From positions 3,200,001 through 3,264,000 of the forward strand of contig OZ243938.1 of assembly GCA_965214095.1 (NCBI GenBank): 64,000 bases of DNA, given 5' to 3'. Position 1 is the stretch's first letter; each line of letters begins with the position of its first letter. The DNA is from Candidatus Poribacteria bacterium. GTDB lineage: Bacteria; Poribacteria; WGA-4E; WGA-3G. This document shows positions 49,106 to 60,105 of the stretch, piece by piece. A program made the translations under genes and the position numbers. A model generated the notes under the pieces. It was not told the origin of the DNA. It was given only the letters and a program-made list of their open reading frames with translations, and did not search any database.

Positions 49106-52100
49106 ATGAAAAACGAAGATGTTGCTATTATTCAACGCATTCTCGCTGATGATGAAACTGCTTTTGCTGAACTTGTGAAAAAGTATCAGAAGGCAGTGCA
49201 TACGCTTGCTTGGCGAAAGATTGGGGATTTTCACATTGCAGAGGACATCACCCAAGATGCCTTCCTGAAAGTATATCAGAAGCTCCACACCCTGCAAGAC
49301 CCAAACCAGTTTGCTGGGTGGTTATATGTAATCACAACAAATCTATGCTCCACATGGCTTCGCAAGAAACGGATACAAACCAAACGTTTGGAGGACGCAG
49401 AGACAATGATGGCACAGAGAGATGCGTATTCTGAACATGTTACAGGAGATACCACAAAAACTGCTGTTGAAACACAACGGGAAGTGGTTAAGAAATTGCT
49501 TACGAAGTTGAAAGAGAGTGAACGTACGGTGATGTCACTTCATTATCTTGGTGAGATGAAGATTGAAGAGATAAGCAGATTTCTGGGGGTATCCACAAGC
49601 ACAATCAAAAGCCGTCTTAGGCGTGCACGGAACCGTTTACAAAAGGAGGAAACACTGATTAGAGAAGCACTCGAACATTTCCAACTCTCACCAAACTTAA
49701 CTGAAAACATCATGCAAGAAGTTTCACGTCTCAAACCTACGCCTACTGGTAGCAAACCACTTGTACCGTGGGCAATTGCTGCAACAAGTGCCGTCTTAAT
49801 TGTGTTGTTACTTGGCATAGGCAGTCAGAATTTAGTTCGTTTTCAGAAACCTTTTTCATTAGATGCACAAGCAGAGATGACGGTTGAACTTGTTGATACA
49901 CCTATTGTGTTAAATTTAGATGCGAAACCGGATGTTAGAAATCAACTGGGCAGTATAAATCCTGCTGGTGATAGTGAGAATGAAGGCCAGAAACCAGATG
50001 AAGTCCTGTTGGCTGCCGCAGAAACCGAGGAGGAGGACAAGGTATCTAATCCTAAACAGCAGTGGATTCAGGAAAACGGACCTATAGGACATGGGTATCT
50101 GCTGACGTACTTCCCTACACCTGAGGGACAGATCTACATTGTATACAATGAAGGCAGAGACTATAAGCTATATAAACTGCCAGAACGTGAAACTGAATTT
50201 CAACACATTAGTGATATTACGTCAAATTCAGTTACTTATTTTGACAGTATCTTTATGGTGAAGTTGAACAATACCCTCTATTTTGTTGGATCTAACGAAC
50301 TAAACGAACTTTTCGCATCAACCGATGGTGGTGTGACTTGGCATTCTGTGGGTAAGTGTCCAGACGGATGGATTTATGGATTTGAAGTAATTGATGATAG
50401 GTTTTACCTTGTCATTGAACATAAAATCTTCGTTTCTGAGGACACCGGAAAGACATGGTCTATTCTTGACAAGGGATTGCCGTGGGAAGTAAACACTCTG
50501 GAAGTAATTCAAAACACACTATATGCTGCAACAAACAAAGGTCTTTATCACCTTCACGGTGGTAGTTGGCAACCTTTACAATTTCCCATAACTGAAGCCA
50601 AAGCAATTGTATCGTTTGCTGGAACTGAAAAATACCTATATGTCCTGACAGTATGGGATTGGAAAAATGTTGGACCGCAAGGACGGACATGGTGGCTCTT
50701 CCGATCTACCGATAAAGGACAGTCATGGACAGATATAACACCAACAAACGCACTGCCCATTATGGGATCTGAACCCTTTGAAGAATTACCTGAGGCTACA
50801 CTTGTCGCAGTCAAAAACACAGTATTATTAATCGGGTTGAGTGGTGCTGCAGTGTTTCGTTCAATTGACAACGGTGATACATGGACTCTTAAAAATACTA
50901 ACGATATTTCGGTGATGTCAAACAGTGTTCGCAATGCAGTAGCGGTAGATGAAAACACGTTCTATTTACAGGGATATTCTGGTTTTTATCGCTCAATTGA
51001 TGGAGGACTATCGTGGAAAAGGTTTAATCCTGGGATGAAAGGAGCAATCGTTGACTTGATTAATGTCAAAAAAAATAGAGTGCAGAATTCATCCAACTCC
51101 CTATATGCGATGTTTACTGGTGGACTTCAAAATCAGTGGGTATTTGAATCCAGTGATAAGGGAAAATCTTGGCATGTGGTGAATCCAGAAATTCAAACTC
51201 AAGAACAAATACCTTCTTTTACTTGGATAGCAGAGTCTGGCGGGGCACTTTATGCTAAAGGTCAAGGACCTACCAGTTGGGCAATCATTGGTCTGTATAG
51301 GATTTCTGAGGATCGCAATATGTTAGTCCCGATTAAAGGAATACCCGTCATCAGTTCATCAACTTTATTACACCTATTGAATACAACAAAAAGAGGACCC
51401 AATTTTGATCTATCTTATGATGCGTTTGTTGAACAGTTACAGGAAAGTTCTGTTGGGGCAGCACAGTTCTTTAAACAGTTGGCTCAAACGAATCCCAGAA
51501 ATGCAGATGGTTCCTTTAGAAGGTCAGGTTTACGCGGAACATTTGCTGTCAGTGGCGATACGTTCTACATGGAACACAACTATAAACTCTTCCGATGGGA
51601 ACCTAGTGATACTGAATGGTACGACACCGGACAAGAAGAAACCGTTAGATTGACTTGGGATGTAATAAGAAGAGATCTTAAACTTGCTGTTTCAGATGAC
51701 ACTGTTTACGTAGGAAAAAGGGACGGTCATCTTGTCGTTTCGCTGGATAAGGGGAATAATTGGATTGATCTCACCTCAGCACTACCATTTTCCGTAAAAA
51801 CTTTCAATGATATCGTGTTTGTCGGCAATACAGTGTATGTAGCAACAGATGCGGGTATCGCAGCATCAGGTCGTGGAAATAATTGGGGTGCTATCACTGA
51901 TGCAGAAGGAACAAATCTCATAATGGAGATACTCACTGTTGATGGCACAATACTATACGGTGTTACCAAAGATACTGGCATCTATCGCTTAGAAAATGGC
52001 ACATGGAATCAGATTGTCTCAGAGATTCCAGAAAACATAACATCACTCGCTGTTGACGGAAATACTTTATATGTGGGAACACAAGATCAAGGTATGCTTC

Positions 52101-52126
52101 ACTATAATCTTGATAATAATAAGTAG
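49106..52126 (+). CDS. Array gene 7: ECF sigma + TM + Asp-box propeller
   Basis: Sigma domain nearly identical to gene 5; different propeller. Confidence 0.9.
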   Translation: MKNEDVAIIQRILADDETAFAELVKKYQKAVHTLAWRKIGDFHIAEDITQDAFLKVYQKLHTLQDPNQFAGWLYVITTNLCSTWLRKKRIQTKRLEDAETMMAQRDAYSEHVTGDTTKTAVETQREVVKKLLTKLKESERTVMSLHYLGEMKIEEISRFLGVSTSTIKSRLRRARNRLQKEETLIREALEHFQLSPNLTENIMQEVSRLKPTPTGSKPLVPWAIAATSAVLIVLLLGIGSQNLVRFQKPFSLDAQAEMTVELVDTPIVLNLDAKPDVRNQLGSINPAGDSENEGQKPDEVLLAAAETEEEDKVSNPKQQWIQENGPIGHGYLLTYFPTPEGQIYIVYNEGRDYKLYKLPERETEFQHISDITSNSVTYFDSIFMVKLNNTLYFVGSNELNELFASTDGGVTWHSVGKCPDGWIYGFEVIDDRFYLVIEHKIFVSEDTGKTWSILDKGLPWEVNTLEVIQNTLYAATNKGLYHLHGGSWQPLQFPITEAKAIVSFAGTEKYLYVLTVWDWKNVGPQGRTWWLFRSTDKGQSWTDITPTNALPIMGSEPFEELPEATLVAVKNTVLLIGLSGAAVFRSIDNGDTWTLKNTNDISVMSNSVRNAVAVDENTFYLQGYSGFYRSIDGGLSWKRFNPGMKGAIVDLINVKKNRVQNSSNSLYAMFTGGLQNQWVFESSDKGKSWHVVNPEIQTQEQIPSFTWIAESGGALYAKGQGPTSWAIIGLYRISEDRNMLVPIKGIPVISSSTLLHLLNTTKRGPNFDLSYDAFVEQLQESSVGAAQFFKQLAQTNPRNADGSFRRSGLRGTFAVSGDTFYMEHNYKLFRWEPSDTEWYDTGQEETVRLTWDVIRRDLKLAVSDDTVYVGKRDGHLVVSLDKGNNWIDLTSALPFSVKTFNDIVFVGNTVYVATDAGIAASGRGNNWGAITDAEGTNLIMEILTVDGTILYGVTKDTGIYRLENGTWNQIVSEIPENITSLAVDGNTLYVGTQDQGMLHYNLDNNK

Positions 52127-52176
52127 ATTTTGCAATAAACTAATACATGATCTTGCCGGAGTGCTTTGTAAGTGCA

Positions 52177-52348
52177 CCATAAGCGTCAATTTAGCGTCCT
52201 TTCAGGAACGGTAGGTTCGGTTTCCTAACCGAACCGGTTTTGTGCCAAATACCTTCATAGAGGTTCTCGCACAGGTTCCGTGCGGTTAGGAAACCGCACC
52301 TACCGGCCTGGGGAAAACGCCTAATTTACACTAAATTGACGCCTATGG
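52177..52348. mobile_element. Second MITE type (TIR CCATAAGCGTCAATTTAG) carrying a REP doublet
   Basis: Left CCATAAGCGTCAATTTAGCGT and right ACACTAAATTGACGCCTATGG match at 19/21; a second REP doublet follows to 52438. Confidence 0.65.
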
Positions 52349-52613
52349 TTCGGTTTCCTAACCGAACCGGTTCCTACGCGAAAACTTTATATCAACGGGA
52401 TCGGCACAAATCTGGTGCGGTTAGGAAACCGAACCTACCGTCTTGGGAAATTCAGCATTTGCAAAAGAATTCAGCATTTGCAAAAGAAAGGACAAGAAAA
52501 ACCGAAAACTAAATAGTCCTGCTACGACTAACTCATCCTTGACAAACCCACCTGATTTGGTAGAATAGTATTTCACTGTTTCCGACCAACCAATCTGTCC
52601 ATCTGCAGAATTA

Positions 52614-52642
52614 TGCACCAGTTTTATCCGTAAGTCGCGTCA
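52614..52642 (+). promoter_or_regulatory. ECF-type promoter of gene 8 (TGCACCA-N17-CGTCA)
   Basis: Recurrent motif. Confidence 0.7.
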
Positions 52643-52666
52643 CTATATGCTGAACGGAGGTAATGC

Positions 52667-55600
52667 ATGCAAAAAAACGACGTAGAACTCATTCATCAAA
52701 TACTTGATGGTGATGATACTGCTTTCACCGAACTTGTGACAAAATATCAGAAGTCTGTTCATGCACTGGTATGGAAAAAAATTGGTGATTTCCACATCGC
52801 TGAAGAGATAACACAAGATACATTTCTGAAAGCGTATCAGAAATTAAGCTCACTCAAGAGTCCGCAACGTTTCGCCAGTTGGCTCTATGTGATTGCCTCA
52901 CGACGTTGTCTTGCATGGCAACGAAGAAAACGTATATTGACAAAGTCTTTGGAAGAAACAAACAGCGCACAGATTGAAAAAGCAACATATTCACAATATG
53001 TTGTTAATGAAAATATGCGCATAACTGCAGAAACACAACGCGATGTCGTTAAGAAGTTGCTTGCCAAATTACCTGAAAGTGAACGCACGATAATCACATT
53101 ACATTACTTCAGTGAGATGTCCAGTTCAGAAATTGGGGCATTTTTAGGTGTATCGGCAAACACGATTCGGAGTCGTCTACGTCGGGCACAGCAACGTCTA
53201 CAGAAGGAGGAAACAATGATTAGAGAAGCACTCGACCATTTCAAACTCTCACCGAACTTCACCGAAAATATCATGCAAGAAATATCACGTCTCAAACCTA
53301 CACCTTCCGCCAGCAAACCCTTAGTGCCGTGGACAGTTGCTGCTGCAAGTGCGGTCTTAATAGTGTTGATGCTTGGTATAGGCAGTCAGAACTTAGTCCG
53401 TTTTCAGCAACCTTACACATTAGATGCGCAAGCTGAAACGACAGTGGAACTTGTTGACACCCCTATTGTGCTAAATCTTGATACGAAACCAGATGTCCGA
53501 AATCAATTGGGGAACTCAAATGCGTTGGGTATAAGTGAGAACGACGGTCAGAAACCAAATGAAGTTTTGTTAGCTGCCGCAGAAACTGAAGATGAGGACA
53601 AGGTATCTACTTCTAAACAGCAGTGGATTCAATCTGAACCTATCATTGGAAGTGCTGTGGAAAATTTATTTGCTAGTGATAAAGGAGAACTCTACACTGT
53701 TCTTGATGCACACATATACAAATGGCAAGACAATAATACAGGATGGCAACAGTTGAGTGGTGACATCAGAGATTATCATGATAGACTGAATGAAACTACA
53801 ATTATAACGGATGTCCCTATAGCAAAGTGGGACAATATCCTTTACATTGCTTTAGAAAATTTACTATTGGCGTCAAGAGATGATGGCAAGACATGGAAAA
53901 CAGTTCATGAATGGCAACCTGATTATAGACACCCACGTGAATTGGTCCTGACTGAACAAGCGTTTTGGGTGAGTCATAACAGGGGTGTTTTCCGTTCTGA
54001 GGACAAAGGAAATACATGGCAAGAGGTAGACGTTGAGTTAATTCAGGGTCCCATTTTCTTAATAGCTATACAAAACACAGTATTTGCTGGATCATACACT
54101 GGGTTGTATCGTTGGAACACCAGCAGCTGGGAACGGGTAGAATTACCGGTAGCTGAGGCATTATTAGTCTACAAAGCCGCTGCCGCTAAAGAGCGTTTGT
54201 ATGTATTAGCATTTTTAGGTTATGATTTCTATGACGATAAAGCAATCCGAGAGGGACGACAACGGACATGGTGGATATTCCGATCAGATGATTTAGGAAA
54301 CTCGTGGAAAGATATTACACCGACAAATGCTTGGCCCCTAAAAGCCGAGGCTCCAGAGATCCAACTTGTTGCTGCTGGCGAAACAATTATGTTGATGGGA
54401 AAGGGTATTGTGCGTTCTATTGATGGAGGAGATACGTGGTTACCCTTTCAAAGACCTAACACTCTCCCTACAAATATAAAGTATTACTGGCCTTCTGTGG
54501 CATTAAATGAACATGTATTTTACGCTATAGGGAGAGGTCTGCACCGTACCACTGATGGTGGCAAAACATGGAGTAAGGTAAATATCACTCCGAATAGGAG
54601 ATGGCATGGAATACAGAACTTACTCGTGCATAAGCCGAAAGAAAGAATAGAAAACAGCCAGCCGACTCTTTATGGGACAGCAGGAATTGGCATAGTAAAA
54701 ACTACTGACGAAGGTAAGTCTTGGAAGCAGATTCAGGTAGAAATACCTTTGGACACTTCTGTAAGAGAAGACCAACCATCCATTATTCAGATGGTCAAAT
54801 CCGATGGTGTTCTCTATGCAAAAGGTAGCAGTGATTACCCAATCGGGGAATTGCGTTTCTATCGCGTCTCTGAAGATGATAACACATTAGTTTCTATTCA
54901 AGGCATACCGACATTCGACTCAAGAGAATTAAAGGAGTATTTACGCCAGTCTCAAAATCCCTCTTTAGAAGAGCTTCAAAAAAGGTTTTCGGGAGCAACC
55001 CAATTCTTTAAATGGTTGCTCCAAAGTACTCCGCATCAACAGGATATGCTCATCCGAGATGGATTTCGAGGGCAGTTTACAGTCAGTTCTAACACGTACT
55101 ATTCGGAATACAATTATAAACTTTTCCGATGGGAACCTGGAGATACAGAATGGAAGGACATCGGACAAGAAGAGACTTCTTCCAAGACATGGGGACATCT
55201 CAAATTGGCTGTTTCAGGAGACACAGTCTATGTCGGAAAACGGGATGGTCATCTTCATGTATCGTATGATAAGGGAGACAATTGGATTGACCTCACCCCA
55301 GCACTCCCATTTCCTGTTAGATTCTTCAAAAAGATTATGACTGCTGGATCTACTGTTTATGTAGCAACGGACGCAGGTATCCTTACATCAGATGATGGGA
55401 GAAATTGGCGAGTCGTAGCGGATACAGAAGGAAGAAACCTCATCATGGAAGAATTAGCAGTTGACGGCACAACTCTCTATGGAATTACTCAAGATACAGG
55501 AATCTATCGTTTAAAGAGTGATAGTGATACTTGGAAACAGATTATAGCAGAGATACCGGAAAGTGCAAAAGTCAATTTAACGTCAAATGGAACTTCTCTT

Positions 55601-55672
55601 GCTGTTGATGGAAGGACTTTATATCTTGGTACACAATTTGAAGGTATGCTTCGTTTTACGCTTGAAGAATAA
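52667..55672 (+). CDS. Array gene 8: ECF sigma + TM + Asp-box propeller
   Basis: sigma4 'LGVSANTIRSRLRRAQ'; SD GGAGGT. Confidence 0.9.
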   Translation: MQKNDVELIHQILDGDDTAFTELVTKYQKSVHALVWKKIGDFHIAEEITQDTFLKAYQKLSSLKSPQRFASWLYVIASRRCLAWQRRKRILTKSLEETNSAQIEKATYSQYVVNENMRITAETQRDVVKKLLAKLPESERTIITLHYFSEMSSSEIGAFLGVSANTIRSRLRRAQQRLQKEETMIREALDHFKLSPNFTENIMQEISRLKPTPSASKPLVPWTVAAASAVLIVLMLGIGSQNLVRFQQPYTLDAQAETTVELVDTPIVLNLDTKPDVRNQLGNSNALGISENDGQKPNEVLLAAAETEDEDKVSTSKQQWIQSEPIIGSAVENLFASDKGELYTVLDAHIYKWQDNNTGWQQLSGDIRDYHDRLNETTIITDVPIAKWDNILYIALENLLLASRDDGKTWKTVHEWQPDYRHPRELVLTEQAFWVSHNRGVFRSEDKGNTWQEVDVELIQGPIFLIAIQNTVFAGSYTGLYRWNTSSWERVELPVAEALLVYKAAAAKERLYVLAFLGYDFYDDKAIREGRQRTWWIFRSDDLGNSWKDITPTNAWPLKAEAPEIQLVAAGETIMLMGKGIVRSIDGGDTWLPFQRPNTLPTNIKYYWPSVALNEHVFYAIGRGLHRTTDGGKTWSKVNITPNRRWHGIQNLLVHKPKERIENSQPTLYGTAGIGIVKTTDEGKSWKQIQVEIPLDTSVREDQPSIIQMVKSDGVLYAKGSSDYPIGELRFYRVSEDDNTLVSIQGIPTFDSRELKEYLRQSQNPSLEELQKRFSGATQFFKWLLQSTPHQQDMLIRDGFRGQFTVSSNTYYSEYNYKLFRWEPGDTEWKDIGQEETSSKTWGHLKLAVSGDTVYVGKRDGHLHVSYDKGDNWIDLTPALPFPVRFFKKIMTAGSTVYVATDAGILTSDDGRNWRVVADTEGRNLIMEELAVDGTTLYGITQDTGIYRLKSDSDTWKQIIAEIPESAKVNLTSNGTSLAVDGRTLYLGTQFEGMLRFTLEE

Positions 55673-55736
55673 TCCAACTACCGTAGTGGCACCGAATGGA
55701 TCTCATCGTTCCTCTTTCCTCTTTTTTGAAAAAACT

Positions 55737-55764
55737 TGAGACTATTTCACCTCATACCGAGTCA
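55737..55764 (+). promoter_or_regulatory. Variant ECF-type promoter of gene 9 (TGAGACT-N16-AGTCA)
   Basis: Same position and spacing as the other motifs; repeated before gene 10. Confidence 0.6.
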
Positions 55765-55812
55765 TTAATATAGTGATGTCAATTGATGAATTTCCCTTAC
55801 CAGAGGTCTTCG

Positions 55813-58800
55813 ATGAAAAATGCTGATGTCGAACTCATCCAACGTGTCCTTGATGGCGATGATACTGCGTTCTCAGAACTAGTTAACAAATATCGCAAGT
55901 CTGTACACGCGCTTGCATGGCGGAAGGTTCAAGACTTCCATATCGCTGAAGATATCACACAGGAAACATTCCTAAAGGCATACAAAGGAATACCAACGTT
56001 GAAGGAACCGCAATCTTTTGCAGGTTGGCTATATGTTATTGCAACAAATCACTGTAATACTTACCTTGGTAAGAAACGTTTGCCGACTCAGTCTTTGGAA
56101 GATACCGATAATGAAGAGTTGGAAAAAGCAACCTATTCCAGCTATGTCAGTGCGGAAAACGAGCGGGTATCAGTAGAAACGCAGCGTGAAGTCGTCAAGA
56201 AGTTGCTTGCTAAGTTGCAGGAGAGTGACCGAACGGTCATCACACTCTATTACCTCGGGGGAATGACGTATGAAGAGATAAGCAAGTTTTTAGGTGTATC
56301 GGTAAGTGCAATCAAGAATCGACTCTACCGAGCGCGCCAGTTTCTAAAGAAGGAGGAACCTATGATAAGAGAAGCTTTAGAGAATTACCAAATCACTCCA
56401 AATCTCACTGAAAACATCATGCAAGAAATATCTCGTCTCAGACCTACACCTTCCACCAGCAAACCCTTAGTGCCGTGGGCAGTTGCTGCTGCAAGTGCAA
56501 TCTTAATAGTGTTGATGCTTGGCATAGGTAGTCAGAACTTAGTTCGTTTTCAGCAACCTTATTCATTAGATGCACAAGCAGAGATGACGGTGGAACTCGT
56601 TGACACACCTATTGTGCTAAATATAGATACGAAACCAGATGTCCGAAATCAATTGGGCAATACAAATGCATTGGGTATAAGTGAGAGTGAAGGTCAGAAA
56701 CCAGATGAAGTCCTGTTGGCTGCCGCAGAAACCGATGAAGAAGACAAGGTATCCGTCCCTAAACAGCAGTGGATTCAGTCTGAACCTATCAAAGGAAGTG
56801 CTGTGAAAAATTTATTTTCTACCGATGCAGGAGAACTCTACACTGTTCTTGATGCACACATATACAAATGGCAAGACAATAAAACGGGATGGCAACAGTT
56901 GAGTGGTGACATCAGAGATTATCATGAAAAGTTGGATGAAACTATACTCATAACGAATGTTCCTATAGCAAAATGGGACAATACCCTTTATATTGCTTTG
57001 AGTAATTTATTTTTGGCTTCAAAAGATGATGGTAAAACATGGGATATAGTTCATTCATGGTCACCTGACAATTTTGGACCGCGTAACTTGGTGTTGACTG
57101 AACAAGCGTTTTGGGTGAGTCTTAACAGCGGTGTTTTCCGTTCTGAAGATAAAGGGAATACATGGCAGGAGGTAGATGTAGAATTATTTAGGGGTTCCAT
57201 CTTCTTTAAAGCCATACAAAACACAGTATTTGCTGGATCATACACAGGGTTGTATCGTTGGAACACCGGCAGCTGGGAACGTGTAAAATTACCGGTAGCT
57301 GAGGCATTAATAGTCCACGAAGTCGCAACCACTAAAGATCGATTGTATGTAATGGCATCATTAGGTCATGAATTTTATGATGATAAAGCAGTCCGGGAGG
57401 GACGACAACGGACTTGGTGGATATTCCGCTCAGATGATTTGGGAGATTCGTGGAAAGATATTACACCGACAAATGCTTGGCCCCTAAAAGCCAAGTCACC
57501 TGATATCCTACTTGCTGCTGCGGGTGCAACCATTATGTTGATGGGAAGGGGTATTGTGCGTTCTATCGATGGAGGAGATACTTGGTTGCCCTTACAAACA
57601 CCACCCACGCTATCTACAGTCAGGTTTTCTAAGCCTTCTGTGGCATTAAATGAACGCGTGTTCTATGCCATAGGAAGGGGACTACACCGTACTACTGATG
57701 GAGGCAAATCATGGAGCAAGATAAATATCACGCCGAATAGGAGACGGAGTGGCATACGCAACTTACTCGTGGATAAGCAGAATGAAAAAACGCAAAACAG
57801 CCAGCCGACTCTTTATGGGACAGCAGGAATTGGCATAGTAAAAACTACTGATGAGGGTAAATCTTGGAAGCATATTCAGGTAGAAATACCTATTGATATT
57901 CCTGTAAGAGAGGACCAACCCTGGATAACGCAGATAGCCAGTTCTGACGGTGTTATCTATGCCAAAAGTAGTAGTCATTACCCATTCGGAGAATTGCGAT
58001 ATTATCGCGTATCTGAGGATGGGAACAAGTTAGTTCCTATTCAAGACATGCCTACATTCGACTCAAGAGAATTAAAAGAGTATTTACGCAAATCTCAAAA
58101 TCCCTCTTTAGAAGAGCTACAAAAGAGGTTTCTGGGAGCAACACTATTCTTTAAATCGTTGATCCAAACAGATCCAGTCCAGTTACCTCAACGAACAAAG
58201 GATGCACTGATCCAAGGAGGGAATAATGGAACGTTTGCTGTTAGTGGTAATACGTTCTATATGGAATACAACCTAAAACTATTCCGATGGGAACCTGGTG
58301 ATACAGAATGGCAAGACATCGGACAAGAAGATACTTATCCAAGGACAGCGGAATATCTCCAACTGGCAGTGTCTGGGGACACCGTCTATGTAGGAAGAAG
58401 GAATGGACATCTTGTCGTGTCGTTCAATAAAGGAAATAACTGGATTGATCTTACACCGGGACTGCCGTTTCAGGTAAAATCTTATAAAGATATAGTTGTT
58501 GACGGAACCACGGCATGTGTAGCAACTAACGCAGGCACCCTTATATCGGACGATGGGAAAAATTGGCGAGTCGTCACAGATGCAGATGGAACTCATCTCA
58601 TTATGGAAGAATTGGCTGTTGATGACACAACGTTTTATGGAATCACTAAAGACACAGGTATCTATCGTTTAAAGAGTGATAGTGACACTTGGGAACAGAT
58701 TATCACAGAAATACCTGAAAGTGCAAAAGTGAATATAGCCGATAACGGAGCTTCTCTGGCTGTTAAGGGCAGCACCTTATACTTAGGTACACGAAGAAAC

Positions 58801-58830
58801 GGCATGTTTCATTTTACTCTTGAAGAATAA
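55813..58830 (+). CDS. Array gene 9: ECF sigma + TM + Asp-box propeller (1005 aa)
   Basis: sigma4 'LGVSVSAIKNRLYRAR'; propeller very similar to gene 8; SD GAGGT. Confidence 0.9.
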   Translation: MKNADVELIQRVLDGDDTAFSELVNKYRKSVHALAWRKVQDFHIAEDITQETFLKAYKGIPTLKEPQSFAGWLYVIATNHCNTYLGKKRLPTQSLEDTDNEELEKATYSSYVSAENERVSVETQREVVKKLLAKLQESDRTVITLYYLGGMTYEEISKFLGVSVSAIKNRLYRARQFLKKEEPMIREALENYQITPNLTENIMQEISRLRPTPSTSKPLVPWAVAAASAILIVLMLGIGSQNLVRFQQPYSLDAQAEMTVELVDTPIVLNIDTKPDVRNQLGNTNALGISESEGQKPDEVLLAAAETDEEDKVSVPKQQWIQSEPIKGSAVKNLFSTDAGELYTVLDAHIYKWQDNKTGWQQLSGDIRDYHEKLDETILITNVPIAKWDNTLYIALSNLFLASKDDGKTWDIVHSWSPDNFGPRNLVLTEQAFWVSLNSGVFRSEDKGNTWQEVDVELFRGSIFFKAIQNTVFAGSYTGLYRWNTGSWERVKLPVAEALIVHEVATTKDRLYVMASLGHEFYDDKAVREGRQRTWWIFRSDDLGDSWKDITPTNAWPLKAKSPDILLAAAGATIMLMGRGIVRSIDGGDTWLPLQTPPTLSTVRFSKPSVALNERVFYAIGRGLHRTTDGGKSWSKINITPNRRRSGIRNLLVDKQNEKTQNSQPTLYGTAGIGIVKTTDEGKSWKHIQVEIPIDIPVREDQPWITQIASSDGVIYAKSSSHYPFGELRYYRVSEDGNKLVPIQDMPTFDSRELKEYLRKSQNPSLEELQKRFLGATLFFKSLIQTDPVQLPQRTKDALIQGGNNGTFAVSGNTFYMEYNLKLFRWEPGDTEWQDIGQEDTYPRTAEYLQLAVSGDTVYVGRRNGHLVVSFNKGNNWIDLTPGLPFQVKSYKDIVVDGTTACVATNAGTLISDDGKNWRVVTDADGTHLIMEELAVDDTTFYGITKDTGIYRLKSDSDTWEQIITEIPESAKVNIADNGASLAVKGSTLYLGTRRNGMFHFTLEE

Positions 58831-59115
58831 TTTGACTTATATGGTAGCACCGAATGCAACCAATCTCTTCCTATATTCTTCAACACTCCAACCTAATGTT
58901 GTAATCTTTAACAACATAGTATTTGTATAAATTTGAAAAAAGAGAGGATAATGGTATAATAACCTAAGTTGCTACTTAATCCGATAATCGCTTTATACCA
59001 TTTGGGACGATAAATAATCGTTCCAAATGGTATAACTACTACAATGTTTAAGTCCATAAGGATTTATAAGTAACTTCATGCATCCCAACCTGAGTGATTT
59101 TCTAGGAGGCACAAA

Positions 59116-60105
59116 ATGAAACGCACCTATATGTTGTTGGAAATGACACTCCTGTTCAGTTTGTTTCTGCTTACCGTAAATGCTTGGGGAGCTCAGTATA
59201 TTTCTTTCAGTTCTAACCGTACAGGGCAAAGCGATATCTACATCATTGATACAAACGGCAAGAATCTACGCAACCTAACAAACCATCCCGCAGAGGACAC
59301 TGGTGCTACGTGGGCACCGGATGGGCGTTCTTTTGCTTTTGCGTCGAACCGTGATGGAAATTATGAAATCTATATTAAGAAATTCAATGAAGCTCAGGCG
59401 CGTCGGTTGACACACCGTCCGGAAAACGATTTTGATCCTGTCTGGTCAGCTTTTTCTCCTGCCTGGTCACCTGATGGAGATTGGATTGCTTTTGTAGCCA
59501 AGAGAACAGGGGCATCTCATATCTACAAAATAGATATCAACGGTGAGAATCTACAGAGACTGACTAACCAAGGAGGTAGCCCAAACTGGTCTCCAGATGG
59601 AAAATCAATTGCTTTCGATGTTTTTGGGAGCGGTATCTATGTGATGGACGCAGATGGAAAAAATCCTAGACAGATTAAAATCCAGGTAAATATAATCGCT
59701 TTTATTTTCGATCCTGCTTGGTCGCCTGATGGAAAACAGATTGCTTGTGTTCTCGTTAATGAGGGGCAGGATATCTACATCATGGATACAGATGGACAAA
59801 ACGCCCGACGCATTTCACCTCTTGGGACTTGGAGCGTCAGGCCTGCGTGGTCTCCTGATGGTAAGTGGATTGCCTACCAGGCCGACGATGCAGAAAATGC
59901 GAATCCTCAGGGAAACCCGAATGCGGAGCGACACATTTTTATCGTTTCTGTTGAGGGGGATGAGCCACGGCAAATCACACAAGATCCTGTGCGAAATTCT
60001 TCTCCCGCCTGGATCCCCGGAAGTTTTTTCTCCGTTTCTCCGACTGTGAACACCCAGACAACCCTCTGGGGTCGGTTGAAACAAGCTGAACGTATGACGC
60101 AATAA
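59116..60105 (+). CDS. Secreted TolB-like (PD40) beta-propeller
   Basis: Signal peptide, repeated 'PAWSPDG', C-terminal 'SVSP...TTLWGRLKQ'; SD AGGAGG. Confidence 0.85.
   Translation: MKRTYMLLEMTLLFSLFLLTVNAWGAQYISFSSNRTGQSDIYIIDTNGKNLRNLTNHPAEDTGATWAPDGRSFAFASNRDGNYEIYIKKFNEAQARRLTHRPENDFDPVWSAFSPAWSPDGDWIAFVAKRTGASHIYKIDINGENLQRLTNQGGSPNWSPDGKSIAFDVFGSGIYVMDADGKNPRQIKIQVNIIAFIFDPAWSPDGKQIACVLVNEGQDIYIMDTDGQNARRISPLGTWSVRPAWSPDGKWIAYQADDAENANPQGNPNAERHIFIVSVEGDEPRQITQDPVRNSSPAWIPGSFFSVSPTVNTQTTLWGRLKQAERMTQ

Noticed and set aside
42280-49818. Recurrent antisense and alternate-frame ORFs (e.g. 42280, 42432, 42765, 46168, 49058, 49210, 49543)
   Set aside because: They recur only because the underlying sigma-TM DNA is duplicated.
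52211-52438. CRISPR array made of the repeated GGTTCGGTTTCCTAACCGAACC
   Set aside because: Copies alternate in orientation, spacing is irregular, spacers recur elsewhere and a GTAG foot is present; these are REPs.
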